Source: an uncultured delta proteobacterium (GTDB lineage: Bacteria; Myxococcota; Myxococcia; Myxococcales; UBA5297). Taken from it: a DNA stretch of 64,000 nt. The DNA lies in NCBI GenBank assembly GCA_963772225.1, contig CAVYWD010000010.1, forward strand, positions 41,724 to 105,723. Reading direction: 5' to 3'. Positions 43,217 through 52,427 of the stretch are shown in pieces; the stretch's first letter is position 1, and each line of letters starts with the position of its first letter. The position numbers were made by a program, and so were the translations under genes. The notes under the pieces are model-generated. The model was not told where the DNA came from. It saw only the letters and a program-made list of their open reading frames with translations, and did no database searches.

Positions 43217-43561
43217 TCACCCTCGGCTCTTAATTCGAAGGGTAAAGCGGCGCGCGGGCTTTCGCGCCTCCCAACGGCGCGAGTAGACCATCTCCAGCGC
43301 GGCGTCTCCTTCGGATTGGACGCGCATTCGCCATTCGTGTTGGCCCGGGGCGCCCATGGCTGCGCCCAGGGGGCGGTACGAATCGTCGTCGACGCGAAGC
43401 ACCGGCGCACCGTCGGAGAGGAGCGACCAGTGGTAGCCGGTGCTCCGGTTCTCGGGAAGGGTGACTGCAAAGGCGTCGCCGGGCCGAAGGGTGGCCTCCG
43501 TGCCGTCGGCCCGCTCGTCCAGGTACATGAGCACGCTCACTCCTCTTCCGGCCGGGGGCAT
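43217..43561 (-). CDS. Chagasin-family (I42) cysteine-peptidase inhibitor
   Basis: 114 aa. NRSTGYHW matches the chagasin NPTTGY(x)W loop and its size matches the family. It is convergent with the C1 peptidase, 15 nt apart. The start may be at MYLDE. Confidence 0.7.
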   Translation of the reverse strand: MPPAGRGVSVLMYLDERADGTEATLRPGDAFAVTLPENRSTGYHWSLLSDGAPVLRVDDDSYRPLGAAMGAPGQHEWRMRVQSEGDAALEMVYSRRWEARKPARRFTLRIKSRG

Positions 43562-43777
43562 CGAAGCCCGTGCGCGCGCCCTTCCTGATGGACCTCGAGC
43601 CCTCGCCGTCGCCGCTTTAGGCCTTCGAGCTTCATATTCGGCCGGAAGTTAGTCACGCCGGACGCTCGCGATGAGGGCGGCCTCCCGCCCGCTCGGGATG
43701 GGTACCTGAGCCCGCGGCCGGGCGACGGCTCGGGTCCGCGCGAGAATCGAGGATGGCGACCGAGGCGCCGTGGCACA

Positions 43778-44227
43778 GTGGTGCCCATGAATGCTTCGAG
43801 ACCGGGGTGGCCGCGAGCGTCCGCCGGGAGGCCGCCTTGGCCGTTGGCCGTCGCCCTGGCGGCGCTCGTCGCCCTCGCTCTCTGGACCTTGCCGCAAACG
43901 CTCGTCGGCCTCGGGTATGCCGTTCTCAAGCGCATCCAGGGCCATCGGTGGATGGGGTATCGATTTGGACCGTTTCTCTTTCTGGTCGTACCGTCGGCGC
44001 CCATCGGAGGAAGAGGGATTTCTCTGGGGCTCGTCGTGCTCGCGGAGGACTGGACCCTGCTCACGCACGAGTTCTGCCACGTCTATTCGGCGCTCTGGCT
44101 GAGCTGGCTCTACTTGCCGGTCTATGGAATCGAATACCTCGCCTTCGGCCACGATCGCTCGCCGCACGAGCGGGTCACCTGCCACTTCGAGCGCAAGAGC
44201 CGCATGGCGTGGCGGCGGGTATTCTGA
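43778..44227 (+). CDS. Small membrane protein with an HExxH motif (DUF3267-like putative zincin)
   Basis: 149 aa with TM helices and THEFCHVYSALW. Confidence 0.5.
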   Translation: MVPMNASRPGWPRASAGRPPWPLAVALAALVALALWTLPQTLVGLGYAVLKRIQGHRWMGYRFGPFLFLVVPSAPIGGRGISLGLVVLAEDWTLLTHEFCHVYSALWLSWLYLPVYGIEYLAFGHDRSPHERVTCHFERKSRMAWRRVF

Positions 44228-44416
44228 ATGGGCGGCGCTTCGATTCCGGCGGGAAGGATCAGCTCAGCCACGGCCATATCGGCGGGCTCGAGGTGCCGGT
44301 GGCTGAGGTCTTGCGACAACGAGAGCGGACAGCGTGGCTCTCGAGGGAGGCGGCGAGGCCGCCGACGAGGCATTCCCCGGTAGAGGAAGGCCGATGGCTC
44401 CTTGCGCCACACTTGC

Positions 44417-45211
44417 CTATCGCGGCTCGCCGTCCTTCTCTCCGCCGCCGCCGTCGGACTCTCCCCGGCGCAGGCCGAGCATGCGCCTCAGCTCGCGCGC
44501 GGCCTGGCGGGAGACCTGCACCCCGTCCCCGCGCGACGTCCGGGCCAGGTACCCGCCGGTGTCCTGCGGCTCGAGCCGGACGACCTGCTCCAGGTTCAGG
44601 AGCGCGCGCCGGTGCACGCGCATGAAGCGCGGGCCGAGCCTCTCCTCGAGCTCCTGGAGCGACAGGTCGGTGAGCGCATCGCCCTGGGCGCTCGCGAGGG
44701 TGACGAGCTCGCCGTCCAGAACGGCGTGGCTGATTTGCCTGGGGTCGAGCAGGGCGATGCCGCTGCGCGTGGGCACGGCGATCCGGTCGAGCGCCGCCGG
44801 CGCCGCTGGGCGGTGGCGGTCGGCCTCGTCGCGAAAGCGCCGCAGCGCCTCTTGCGAGCGCGCCCGCTCGAGCGCCTTCCCCAGCCGCGCGGCCTCGACG
44901 GGCTTGAGCAGGTAGTCGAGCGCGCCGGCGTCGAACGCCTCGACCGCGTGCTCCGAGTGCGCGGTGCAGAAGATGACGTAGGGCCCGCCGGGCGGCAAAA
45001 GGCGCAGGGCGTCCAGCCCCGTCAGCTCCGGCATCTGGATGTCGAGCAGCACGGCGTCCACGCCGCCGGCCGCGACGCGCCGCAGGACCTCGGCCGCGCT
45101 CCGGCACTCGCCGCAGACCTCGATGCCCGAGAGCTCTCCCAAGAGCCGCAAAAGCCTCTTCCGGGCCATCAGCTCGTCGTCGGCGACGAGCACGCGCAGC
45201 GCCGGGCTCAC
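44417..45211 (-). CDS. LytR/AlgR-family (LytTR) response regulator
   Basis: 264 aa from GTG. The receiver domain has RVLVADDE...DAVLLDIQMPELTG. The LytTR domain has FMRVHRRALLNLEQV. A GTGA overlap joins it to the kinase stop. Confidence 0.9.
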   Translation of the reverse strand: MSPALRVLVADDELMARKRLLRLLGELSGIEVCGECRSAAEVLRRVAAGGVDAVLLDIQMPELTGLDALRLLPPGGPYVIFCTAHSEHAVEAFDAGALDYLLKPVEAARLGKALERARSQEALRRFRDEADRHRPAAPAALDRIAVPTRSGIALLDPRQISHAVLDGELVTLASAQGDALTDLSLQELEERLGPRFMRVHRRALLNLEQVVRLEPQDTGGYLARTSRGDGVQVSRQAARELRRMLGLRRGESDGGGGEKDGEPR

Positions 45212-46284
45212 GCCAACACCCCGGGTGAAGGCCCCGCCAGCGGCACGCGGAGCTCTGCCGAGGTCCGCTCTCCGCGCGCGCCGATCCGCAAGGTCGCTGC
45301 TCCGGCGTAGGCGAGGGCGAGGCGGCGCTCCAGGTCCGGCAGGCCCGAGCTGCCCGGCCGCGGCCCCGCGTAAAGGCCCGGGTTCTCGAGGCGGACGACC
45401 AGCTCCTCGGCCTCGCGCCGAACGGTGAGCTCGAGGGTCCCGCGGTGGCCCGCGCAGGGGCCGTGCTTCACCGCGTTCTCGGCGAGCGGGAGCAGGACGA
45501 GCGGCGGCACCAGGACCTCGCGCGCGGCCGGGTCGACGTCCTCGCGCAGCTCGAGGAGCTCTGGGTCCCGCAGCCGATGGAGCGCGAGGAGGTTCTCGAC
45601 CAGCTCCAGCTCCTGGGCGAGCGGCCACGCCTGCGCCTTCACGCCGCAAAGGACCGAGCGCAGCATCGCCGACAGCTGGAGCACCGCCCGCTCGGCGACG
45701 GCGCCGTCCTCGCGGCACCACTCGGCGATGGAGTTGAGCGTGTTGAAGAGGAAGTGCGGGTCGAGCTGCGCTCGGAGGGCGAGCAGCTGGGCCCGCTCGG
45801 CCTCGCGCGCCAGCGCGTCGGCCCGGGCGCGCTCGCGCAAAAGCCGGTGCTCGAGGCCGATGTCGCGGCCCAGGCCCCAGCCGCCGACCAGGAAGAGCGT
45901 GAGGCAGATGGCGAGGCTCACCCGCGCGGTCATGAAGGTGACGCCGATGCCGAAGAGCTTGGGCACCGCGACGCCGATGCTCAGCACGACGCCCGCGCCG
46001 ATGGCGGCGTAGAGGACCACGCGGATGGAGGCCCCGGCGCCGAGCGCTCCTTCCGGCGAGAGCAGCCGCCAGGAGACCGGGGCGATGACCACGAACGCGA
46101 GGCAGAGCGCGAGCCCCAGGGCCAGGGCGGCGCTGGGGCGGCTCAGGCGCGCCTGGGCGACGAGCATGGGGCCGCAGACGAGCACGATGGGGACGAGGCG
46201 CCGCAGCTCGAGCAGGCCCCGGGCGGTCTCGCGGGCGATGCGCGCCGGGTCGGCGAGGTCGGCGCCGGGCGCCTCGGGCGGCAA
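45208..46284 (-). CDS. LytS/YehU-type sensor histidine kinase (start uncertain)
   Basis: TM region followed by a His_kinase motif (LRAQLDPHFLFNTLNSI) and an HATPase motif (LLPLAENAVKHG). TTG at 46284 is a possible start. The frame stays open to 46548 and continues the sugar-transferase reading frame. Confidence 0.75.
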   Translation of the reverse strand: MPPEAPGADLADPARIARETARGLLELRRLVPIVLVCGPMLVAQARLSRPSAALALGLALCLAFVVIAPVSWRLLSPEGALGAGASIRVVLYAAIGAGVVLSIGVAVPKLFGIGVTFMTARVSLAICLTLFLVGGWGLGRDIGLEHRLLRERARADALAREAERAQLLALRAQLDPHFLFNTLNSIAEWCREDGAVAERAVLQLSAMLRSVLCGVKAQAWPLAQELELVENLLALHRLRDPELLELREDVDPAAREVLVPPLVLLPLAENAVKHGPCAGHRGTLELTVRREAEELVVRLENPGLYAGPRPGSSGLPDLERRLALAYAGAATLRIGARGERTSAELRVPLAGPSPGVLA

Positions 46285-46295
46285 GTGCCAAGCGC

Positions 46296-46849
46296 GCGCG
46301 CCGCGCTTCTTGCCGACGAGGTTGATCCATCCGGTTTGCATGAGCAGGGCGAGGTCGAAGGCGGCCGACCGATGTCGAGCGTAGTACAGGTCGAGCCGAG
46401 CCGTCAGCGCGGCTCCCCGGGCCCCGGTCACCTGCGCGAGGCCGGTGATGCCCGGCGGCACGCGAAAGCGCTCGGCGAAGGGCGGGTGGGCGCGCACCAG
46501 CCGCTCGGCGTCGGGGACCGAGAGCGGTCTGGGGCCGACGAGGCTCATGTCGCCGGAGAGGACATTGAAGATTCTGAAAGAGCTCGTCGAGGCCGCGCTG
46601 TCTCAGCAGGCCGCCCAGGCGCGTGGGCCGGCGAGCCCGCTCGTCGGCCTCGCAGGTCATGGTCCGCAGCTTCCAGATGAGGAAGGGCCGGCGGTTCAGT
46701 CCGGCGCGCGACTGCCGGAAGAAGAGGGGGCGCCCGTCGCACGCAAAGGCCGCGGCGGCGAGCGCCGCCGAGGCGGGCAGCCAGAGCGGCAGGGTGACGA
46801 AGACGACGGCGAGATTAAAAAGGCGCTTGGCTGCGGCGTTGACGTTCAT
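46296..46849 (-). pseudogene. Bacterial sugar transferase (polyprenyl-phosphate hexose-1-phosphate transferase type), frameshifted near 46573
   Basis: The start at 46849 follows a GGAGG RBS. Frame A reads KRLFNL...DGRPLFFRQSRAGLNRRPFLIWKLRTM...GLLRQRGLDELFQ. A 1-nt shift then gives frame B: IFNVLSGDMSLVGPRP...PPGITGLAQV...DLALLMQT. No stop codon precedes the kinase region. Confidence 0.7.
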
Positions 46850-47089
46850 GGCTCCTCCGAGACCGCAGCATCGCGCTCGGGCGGGCGCCGCCGGCGGCGG
46901 TTCTCCTCGAGCGGTCGCGGGGCGCGCGCGAGCGGCGCCGAAGCGGGCCCGAGCGGCGGCGCGGCCGCCCACGCGCCGCCGGGGCCTCAGGTCGCGACCT
47001 TTCGGCCGCGGATCTCGACCGCCCGGCGCGAGAGCCGCCAAGCGCTCTTCGCGCTCCTCTACCTTCGAGCCATCGCAAGGAGGATTTCG

Positions 47090-48589
47090 ATGGCCCGACC
47101 GAACGACCCGATGCAGTGTCCCCCGCCGCTCCCCTCAGGCTCCGCCGGAGCGTCGCGCCCGCGGACCGCGCTGCTCTTGAATCCCTTCTATGCCAAGGAC
47201 CCCGCGGGGAGCTTCGGCAAGCACGTGCTGACCCCGTCGCTCGCCCTCTCGAGCCTCGCGGCGGTGACGCCGCCCGAGTGGTCCGTGCGGATCTGGGATG
47301 AGAACCTGCTCCAAGGCTCCGCCCCCGTCGATCCCGTGCCGCAGGTCGTGGGGATCACCGTGCACCTGACCTTCGCGCGCCGCGCCTACGAGCTCGCCGC
47401 CCATTATCGAGCGCTCGGCTGCGCCGTGGTCCTGGGCGGACCGCACGCCCTCTCGTGCCCGGACGAGGTGGCGGCCCACTGCGACGCCCTGGCGGTCGGC
47501 AACGGCGTGCCGCTCTGGCCGCGCATTCTGCGCGACGTCGAGCGGGGCGCGCTCGAGCGCCGGTACGAGGCGCCTTTCGAAGACTTCGCCTCGGAGCCCG
47601 CGCCCGAGCGGACCGCGATTCCGGAGTGGGGCTTTCTGACCCGGGCGAGCATCATCGCCACCCGAGGGTGCCACAATCGCTGCGATTTCTGCTTTCTTTC
47701 GACCGGGCCGTCGCGCATTCGCTATCAAATGCGTCCGGTCGCCGAGGTGGCGCGCGAAATAGCCCGGAGCGGCGAGCCATATGCCGTGTTCCTGGACAAT
47801 AACCTCGGCGCCAATCGCGCGTACCTGCGCTCGCTCTGCGCGGCGCTGGCCCCCCTGGAAATCATCTGGAGCGCGGCCGTCAGCCTCGATGTGACGCAAG
47901 ACCCCGACTTGGTCCGTGAAATGGCGCTCGCGGGCTGCACCGGCGTCTTCGTGGGCTTCGAGAGCTTGAGCGACGAGAACCTGCGCGCCGCGGGAAAGCG
48001 GACGCCGCGCTGTGAGGATTTCGAGCGCGGCGTGGAGCTGTTCCATCGTTTCGGCATTCAGGTCAACGGCAGCTTCGTCCTGGGCTTCGACGGCGACGGG
48101 CCCGGGGCCTTCGCGAAGACCGCCGAGTGGATAGACCGCGTGAAGCTCGAGTCCGCGACCTTCCACATTCTCACGCCCTATCCGGGAACCCCGCTGTTCG
48201 CTCGCCTGGAGGCCCAGGGGCGCATCCTCCACCGCGATTGGAGCCAATACGACACCGCGCACGCGGTGCATCGCCCGGCCAAGATGACGCCCGAGGAGCT
48301 CGAGCGGGGGTACCGGTGGCTCTATCGGCGCGCCTTCTCGCTCCGGTCCATCTGGGCCCGAAGGCCGCGCTCGCTCGGCGCAGCGCTGGCGTACCTCGCC
48401 ATGGCCATTCTGTACAAGCGCAGCAACGGGCTCTGGAAGCTCTTGATCCAGCACCGGCTCACGCGCGCCGTCTGGAGGCCGCTCGTACAGCTCACGCGCC
48501 TGCGCCACCTGCGCTTTCGGCGGAGCCTGCGAGTGCGCGAGGCGCTCGCGGTCCCGCCGTCGGCGCTGCCCGTCCCACCGGGCGTGTGA
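47090..48589 (+). CDS. B12-binding-domain radical SAM protein (class B)
   Basis: 499 aa. The N-terminal B12-like domain has LLLNPFY...VVGITVH...VVLGGPHAL. The radical SAM cluster motif is CHNRCDFC. The RBS AAGGAGG is at 47077-47083. Confidence 0.85.
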   Translation: MARPNDPMQCPPPLPSGSAGASRPRTALLLNPFYAKDPAGSFGKHVLTPSLALSSLAAVTPPEWSVRIWDENLLQGSAPVDPVPQVVGITVHLTFARRAYELAAHYRALGCAVVLGGPHALSCPDEVAAHCDALAVGNGVPLWPRILRDVERGALERRYEAPFEDFASEPAPERTAIPEWGFLTRASIIATRGCHNRCDFCFLSTGPSRIRYQMRPVAEVAREIARSGEPYAVFLDNNLGANRAYLRSLCAALAPLEIIWSAAVSLDVTQDPDLVREMALAGCTGVFVGFESLSDENLRAAGKRTPRCEDFERGVELFHRFGIQVNGSFVLGFDGDGPGAFAKTAEWIDRVKLESATFHILTPYPGTPLFARLEAQGRILHRDWSQYDTAHAVHRPAKMTPEELERGYRWLYRRAFSLRSIWARRPRSLGAALAYLAMAILYKRSNGLWKLLIQHRLTRAVWRPLVQLTRLRHLRFRRSLRVREALAVPPSALPVPPGV

Positions 48590-48606
48590 GCGAAAGGGGG
48601 TTTTCC

Positions 48607-49611
48607 ATGAGAGCCATTGCCCTGGCGAAGCCTTTGATCGCCGCCGCGCTCGCCGCCGCGCAGGCCAACCCGCAGCCCCTCGCGCTCCCTTCGTCGGCCC
48701 GGCGCCTCCTCGAGACGGGCCAATGGGACGCGACCCCGGCAGGGCTTCGAATCGTCGCACTGTCGTTCTTGGCCGACGGCTGCGCGGCTTCAGGCGAGGC
48801 GCACGCCTCGATGCGCGCCGCGGCGCGCTCATGCGTCGAGCGCTGCCTCGCGCGCGCCCGACAAACGAGGCGCGGGCCCCTGCGGCCTGAGAGCGCCGAC
48901 GGCCTCTGGCTGAGCCATTTCGCGCTGATTCTCGGAGCGGCGGACGCGTTGGGGCCGTGCCCCGACCCCGAGGCTCACGCGGCCATCGCGTTGGCGCTGG
49001 CGAGCCGGACGCTTTCGGACCCGTATCGCCACGTCGCATCCTATGCGAGCGCCAAGGACCGCTGGACCGCAGACCAGGCGGCGGCGCTCGCGAGCCTCGC
49101 CCGGTTTGACCGCGCGCACGGGGCCCACCTGGTCGACGAGCCGCTGCGCGCCTGGCGCGACTTCGTCCTGTCCAAGGCCATGGACCGCCGTCTCGGGCTG
49201 CCATGGTCGGAAGTCACTGGAGCGCGCCGCACCTCCCGGGCGCCGCGGGGCTGCGCCCTCTCGTTTCAGACGCGCTACCTCCACGAAGTGGACGACGGTC
49301 TCGCGCGCCGCTTCTGGGCGGTCTATCGCGAGCGTTACCGGGTTCGGCACTTCGGGCTCACGGGCTTTCGCGAGTGGCCGCCGGGTCAAGAGCTCGGCCA
49401 GGACCTGGACTCCGGTCCCATCGTGATGGGCGTCGGCGCGGCGGCCACGGGCCTGGGGATCGCCGGGGCGAGGGTCATGGGCGACGAGGCGCTGGCGCGA
49501 GAGCTGGAAACGACCGCGGCGGTCGTCGATGCCTTTGCCGGCGGAATGCAGGGCGCGCGAGGCGTGCTCCCGGACGCCATTCGCTATCTGGGCGCGCAGG
49601 TCCGGCCGTAG
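48607..49611 (+). CDS. Hypothetical helical protein co-transcribed with the radical SAM gene
   Basis: 334 aa, starting 17 nt after the radical SAM stop. I recognised no family with confidence. A ~133-bp fragment of this gene is duplicated at 56223-56356. Confidence 0.65.
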   Translation: MRAIALAKPLIAAALAAAQANPQPLALPSSARRLLETGQWDATPAGLRIVALSFLADGCAASGEAHASMRAAARSCVERCLARARQTRRGPLRPESADGLWLSHFALILGAADALGPCPDPEAHAAIALALASRTLSDPYRHVASYASAKDRWTADQAAALASLARFDRAHGAHLVDEPLRAWRDFVLSKAMDRRLGLPWSEVTGARRTSRAPRGCALSFQTRYLHEVDDGLARRFWAVYRERYRVRHFGLTGFREWPPGQELGQDLDSGPIVMGVGAAATGLGIAGARVMGDEALARELETTAAVVDAFAGGMQGARGVLPDAIRYLGAQVRP

Positions 49612-49660
49612 CCCTGGCGGGAGTCTGGGCGCGCAGGTCCGGCCGTAGCCCTGGCGGGAG
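49587..49660. repeat. Perfect 37-bp tandem duplication (2 copies)
   Basis: tctgggcgcgcaggtccggccgtagccctggcgggag occurs at 49587-49623 and again at 49624-49660. Copy 1 contains the stop codon of the 48607-49611 gene. Confidence 0.95.
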
Positions 49661-49769
49661 CCTTCCGGCCCTGCCGGAGATTCGAGAAAGGCGCGGGCGG
49701 TGCCTCGCAGGCCGAGAAGGGGGCTGGTATGTTCCGGAGCCCGTTATTTTCATGGATATCTGAGGAACC

Positions 49770-50174
49770 ATGCCATCCATCTTCACGAGAATTCTCAACG
49801 GCGAGCTGCCGGGGCGCTTTGTCTGGAAGGACGACAAGTGCTTCGCCATTCTCACCGCCCAGCCCATCCAGCCGGGGCACGTCCTCGTGATCCCGCGCCA
49901 GGAGATCGACGACTGGGTCGACCTGCCGGACGACCTGCGCGACCACCTCTTCGCCACGGCGGCGGTCATCGGCAAAGCCTTGATGAAGGAATTTCAGCCG
50001 ACGAAGGTGGGGGTGGCCGTCGTGGGGCTCGAGGTGCGCCACGTGCACCTGCATTTGATCCCCATCAGCGCCCCCGAGCACATGGAGTTCGCCCGCGCCG
50101 ACAAGAACCCGGACCCCCGCGCGCTCGACCAGGTGGCGGAGCGGCTGCGCAAAGCGCTGGCGGCCACGCCCTAA
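49770..50174 (+). CDS. HIT-family (histidine triad) nucleotide hydrolase
   Basis: 134 aa with the HxHxHxx motif (RHVHLHLIP). Confidence 0.9.
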   Translation: MPSIFTRILNGELPGRFVWKDDKCFAILTAQPIQPGHVLVIPRQEIDDWVDLPDDLRDHLFATAAVIGKALMKEFQPTKVGVAVVGLEVRHVHLHLIPISAPEHMEFARADKNPDPRALDQVAERLRKALAATP

Positions 50175-50378
50175 AGCTCCGAGATCCGAGCTCGATGCCC
50201 AAGACAGGAGCAAGCACCGCCCGTTGGTCGAAGGGACATCGGGATGGGGCGGTCATCAACGCCCTTGTGGAGCTTCGGCTCGGGATCAATATCGGCGAGC
50301 CATGTTGTGCGTTGACGGCGCGACCCTGCTCTGTTCACATGATGACAGCCTCTCCGCCAGCCCAAGGGAGCTCGTCGC

Positions 50379-51095
50379 TTGGTCGCCCTCGCCGTCCTCG
50401 CGTTCGCAATGGCAGCGGCCCCTGCGCCGCCGAACGGCGCGAGCGCGCCCGCCGCCAACGAGGTCGCGGCCGTCGAAGAGACGCTTCGCATTCAGAGCCT
50501 GCTGCACACCGAGGCGCGCCGCGCCCGCATTTGGCGCTGGAGCTGGACCGGCATCTACGGCGCGCTCACCGCTGGCCAGACGGTCCCCGTCGCGTTCATC
50601 GGCGACCGGGGCACGCGGGCCGACCTCCTCGCCGGCGCCGCGACCTCGGCCGTCGGCTTGATCGGCGCAATGGCTCTGCCGCCCGAATCGATCGCGAGCA
50701 GCGAGGCGCTCGACCGCGAGCTTGCGGCGCCCGGCAAGGATCCGCTCGCGCGCCTCGCCTGCGCCCGCGCGCTCTTGAGAAACGCGGCCGACGATGAGGC
50801 CTTCGCGCGAGGGCCCATCATGCACGCCGCCAACGCCGCGGTGAACGTCGCCGCGGGGCTCGTCTTGGGCTTTGGCTACAAGCGCTGGACCTCCGCCGCC
50901 ATCACGGCCGTCAGCGGAATCGCCGTCGGCGAAGTTCAGATCTTCACCGCGCCCAAGTCCCTGCTGGACCGCTCTGTGCGGGAGGCCGGCGCTCCCAGCG
51001 CTCCGAGCGCTGCAGCCACGCCCCCGGTCCGCGCGACCGTCGCGCCATGGGTCGGGAGCGGAGGCGCCGGCCTTCGGCTCGTCGCCCAGTTCTAG
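50379..51095 (+). CDS. Hypothetical membrane protein
   Basis: 238 aa from TTG. It has a signal-like N-terminus and several hydrophobic segments, with high third-position GC. Confidence 0.5.
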   Translation: MVALAVLAFAMAAAPAPPNGASAPAANEVAAVEETLRIQSLLHTEARRARIWRWSWTGIYGALTAGQTVPVAFIGDRGTRADLLAGAATSAVGLIGAMALPPESIASSEALDRELAAPGKDPLARLACARALLRNAADDEAFARGPIMHAANAAVNVAAGLVLGFGYKRWTSAAITAVSGIAVGEVQIFTAPKSLLDRSVREAGAPSAPSAAATPPVRATVAPWVGSGGAGLRLVAQF

Positions 51096-51113
51096 AGGAC
51101 AGGAGCTTCTCGC

Positions 51114-52334
51114 ATGCTCTCCCCCGATCCGAGGCTCGCGCGCCCCTATCGCTGGGCGGTGCTCGCCGTCTACGTGGCGGTGATGGCCGTTCAGCAGATG
51201 CTGTGGCTGAACTTCGCCCCCATCCTGCTTCACATCCAGCAGCGCTACGGCGTCGGCGAGCTCACGGCCAGCTCGCTCATCATGGTGTTTCCTCTGCTCT
51301 ACATCGCGCTCTCCGCGCCGGCGGGGCGGATGGTCGACGAGCGCGGGTATCGTTTCACGGTCGCCTGGGGCGCCGCGGCCACCGCGGCCTTTTCGCTCTT
51401 GCGCGTCTTCGACGGCAGCTTCTGGATGCTCTTCGCAGGGCAGGTCGGCATCGCCGCCGCTCAGCCGTTCGTCGTCAACGGGATCTCCAAGCTCGTGGCC
51501 GACTGGTTCGACGAGGCCGAAGGCGCCCTCGCCACCGGGCTGGGCACCATGGGCATGTTCCTCGGCATGGCCCTGGGCATGGCGGCGACGCCTTGGCTCG
51601 AGGCGAGGATGGGGCTGAGCCTCTCCATGCTCGTCTTCTTCGCGGTCTCCGCCGCCGCGGCAGCGGCTTTCTTCGCCGTCGCCCGGAACAATCGGCCGCC
51701 GGAGGAGCTCCGAAGCAAGGACGGCGACGCCCACTTCGGGCCCGTTTTTCGAGTGCCGGGGATGAAGGCGCTGCTCGGCACCTCGTTTCTGGGCATGGGC
51801 GCCTTCAACGGCCTCACCACCTGGCTCGAGGCCCTCCTCGAGCCGCGCGGCATCGACGCCGAGGCCGCCGGGATGGTGGGCGGGGTCATGGTCGTGGGCG
51901 GCATCGCAGGCGCGGTGATCGTCCCGCTGCTCTCGGACCGCCTCCGGCGCCGCAAGCCGTTCCTCGCGGGCTGCGCCGCGGCCTCCACCGGGCTGATGGC
52001 GCTCATCGGCGTTCTCGGTTCCTACGGCGCGCTCCTGGGAGACGGGGTGGCGCTCGGCTTCGTGTTGCTCCCGGCCTTCGCCTTTCTCCTGGACATGTCG
52101 GCCCAGCTCGCCGGAGCCGAGCGCGCGGGGGCCGCGACGGGGCTCATCATGCTCAGCGGCAACGCGGGCGGCGTGGTGGTCATCCTGCTCGTCCCGGCAG
52201 TCCGGGCGCTGGGCGGGGGAATCGCCCCCGCCATCGCGCTGCTCGCCGGCCTGCTCGCTGCGGCCACGGCGCTGGCTCTCGCGTCCCCGGAGACCTACCA
52301 GGCCCCGGCCGAGGCGGCGCCGAAGCCGTCTTAG
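51114..52334 (+). CDS. MFS transporter
   Basis: 406 aa with about 12 TM helices and an MFS loop motif (APAGRMVDERGYR). Confidence 0.85.
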   Translation: MLSPDPRLARPYRWAVLAVYVAVMAVQQMLWLNFAPILLHIQQRYGVGELTASSLIMVFPLLYIALSAPAGRMVDERGYRFTVAWGAAATAAFSLLRVFDGSFWMLFAGQVGIAAAQPFVVNGISKLVADWFDEAEGALATGLGTMGMFLGMALGMAATPWLEARMGLSLSMLVFFAVSAAAAAAFFAVARNNRPPEELRSKDGDAHFGPVFRVPGMKALLGTSFLGMGAFNGLTTWLEALLEPRGIDAEAAGMVGGVMVVGGIAGAVIVPLLSDRLRRRKPFLAGCAAASTGLMALIGVLGSYGALLGDGVALGFVLLPAFAFLLDMSAQLAGAERAGAATGLIMLSGNAGGVVVILLVPAVRALGGGIAPAIALLAGLLAAATALALASPETYQAPAEAAPKPS

Positions 52335-52427
52335 AAGTTCGAAGTGTTGAGGGAGAGCCTCGCCGCGCAACCTGCCACGAGCGCCGAGGCGCCTTTCGCC
52401 TCGGAAGAGCCACGGAATCGAACGCCC

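Noticed and set aside
50312-50340. Sigma70-like promoter (ttgacg, 17 nt spacer, tcacat) upstream of the 50379 gene.
   Set aside because: The -10 match is weak. Promoter consensus in this lineage is uncertain, so this is not enough to annotate.
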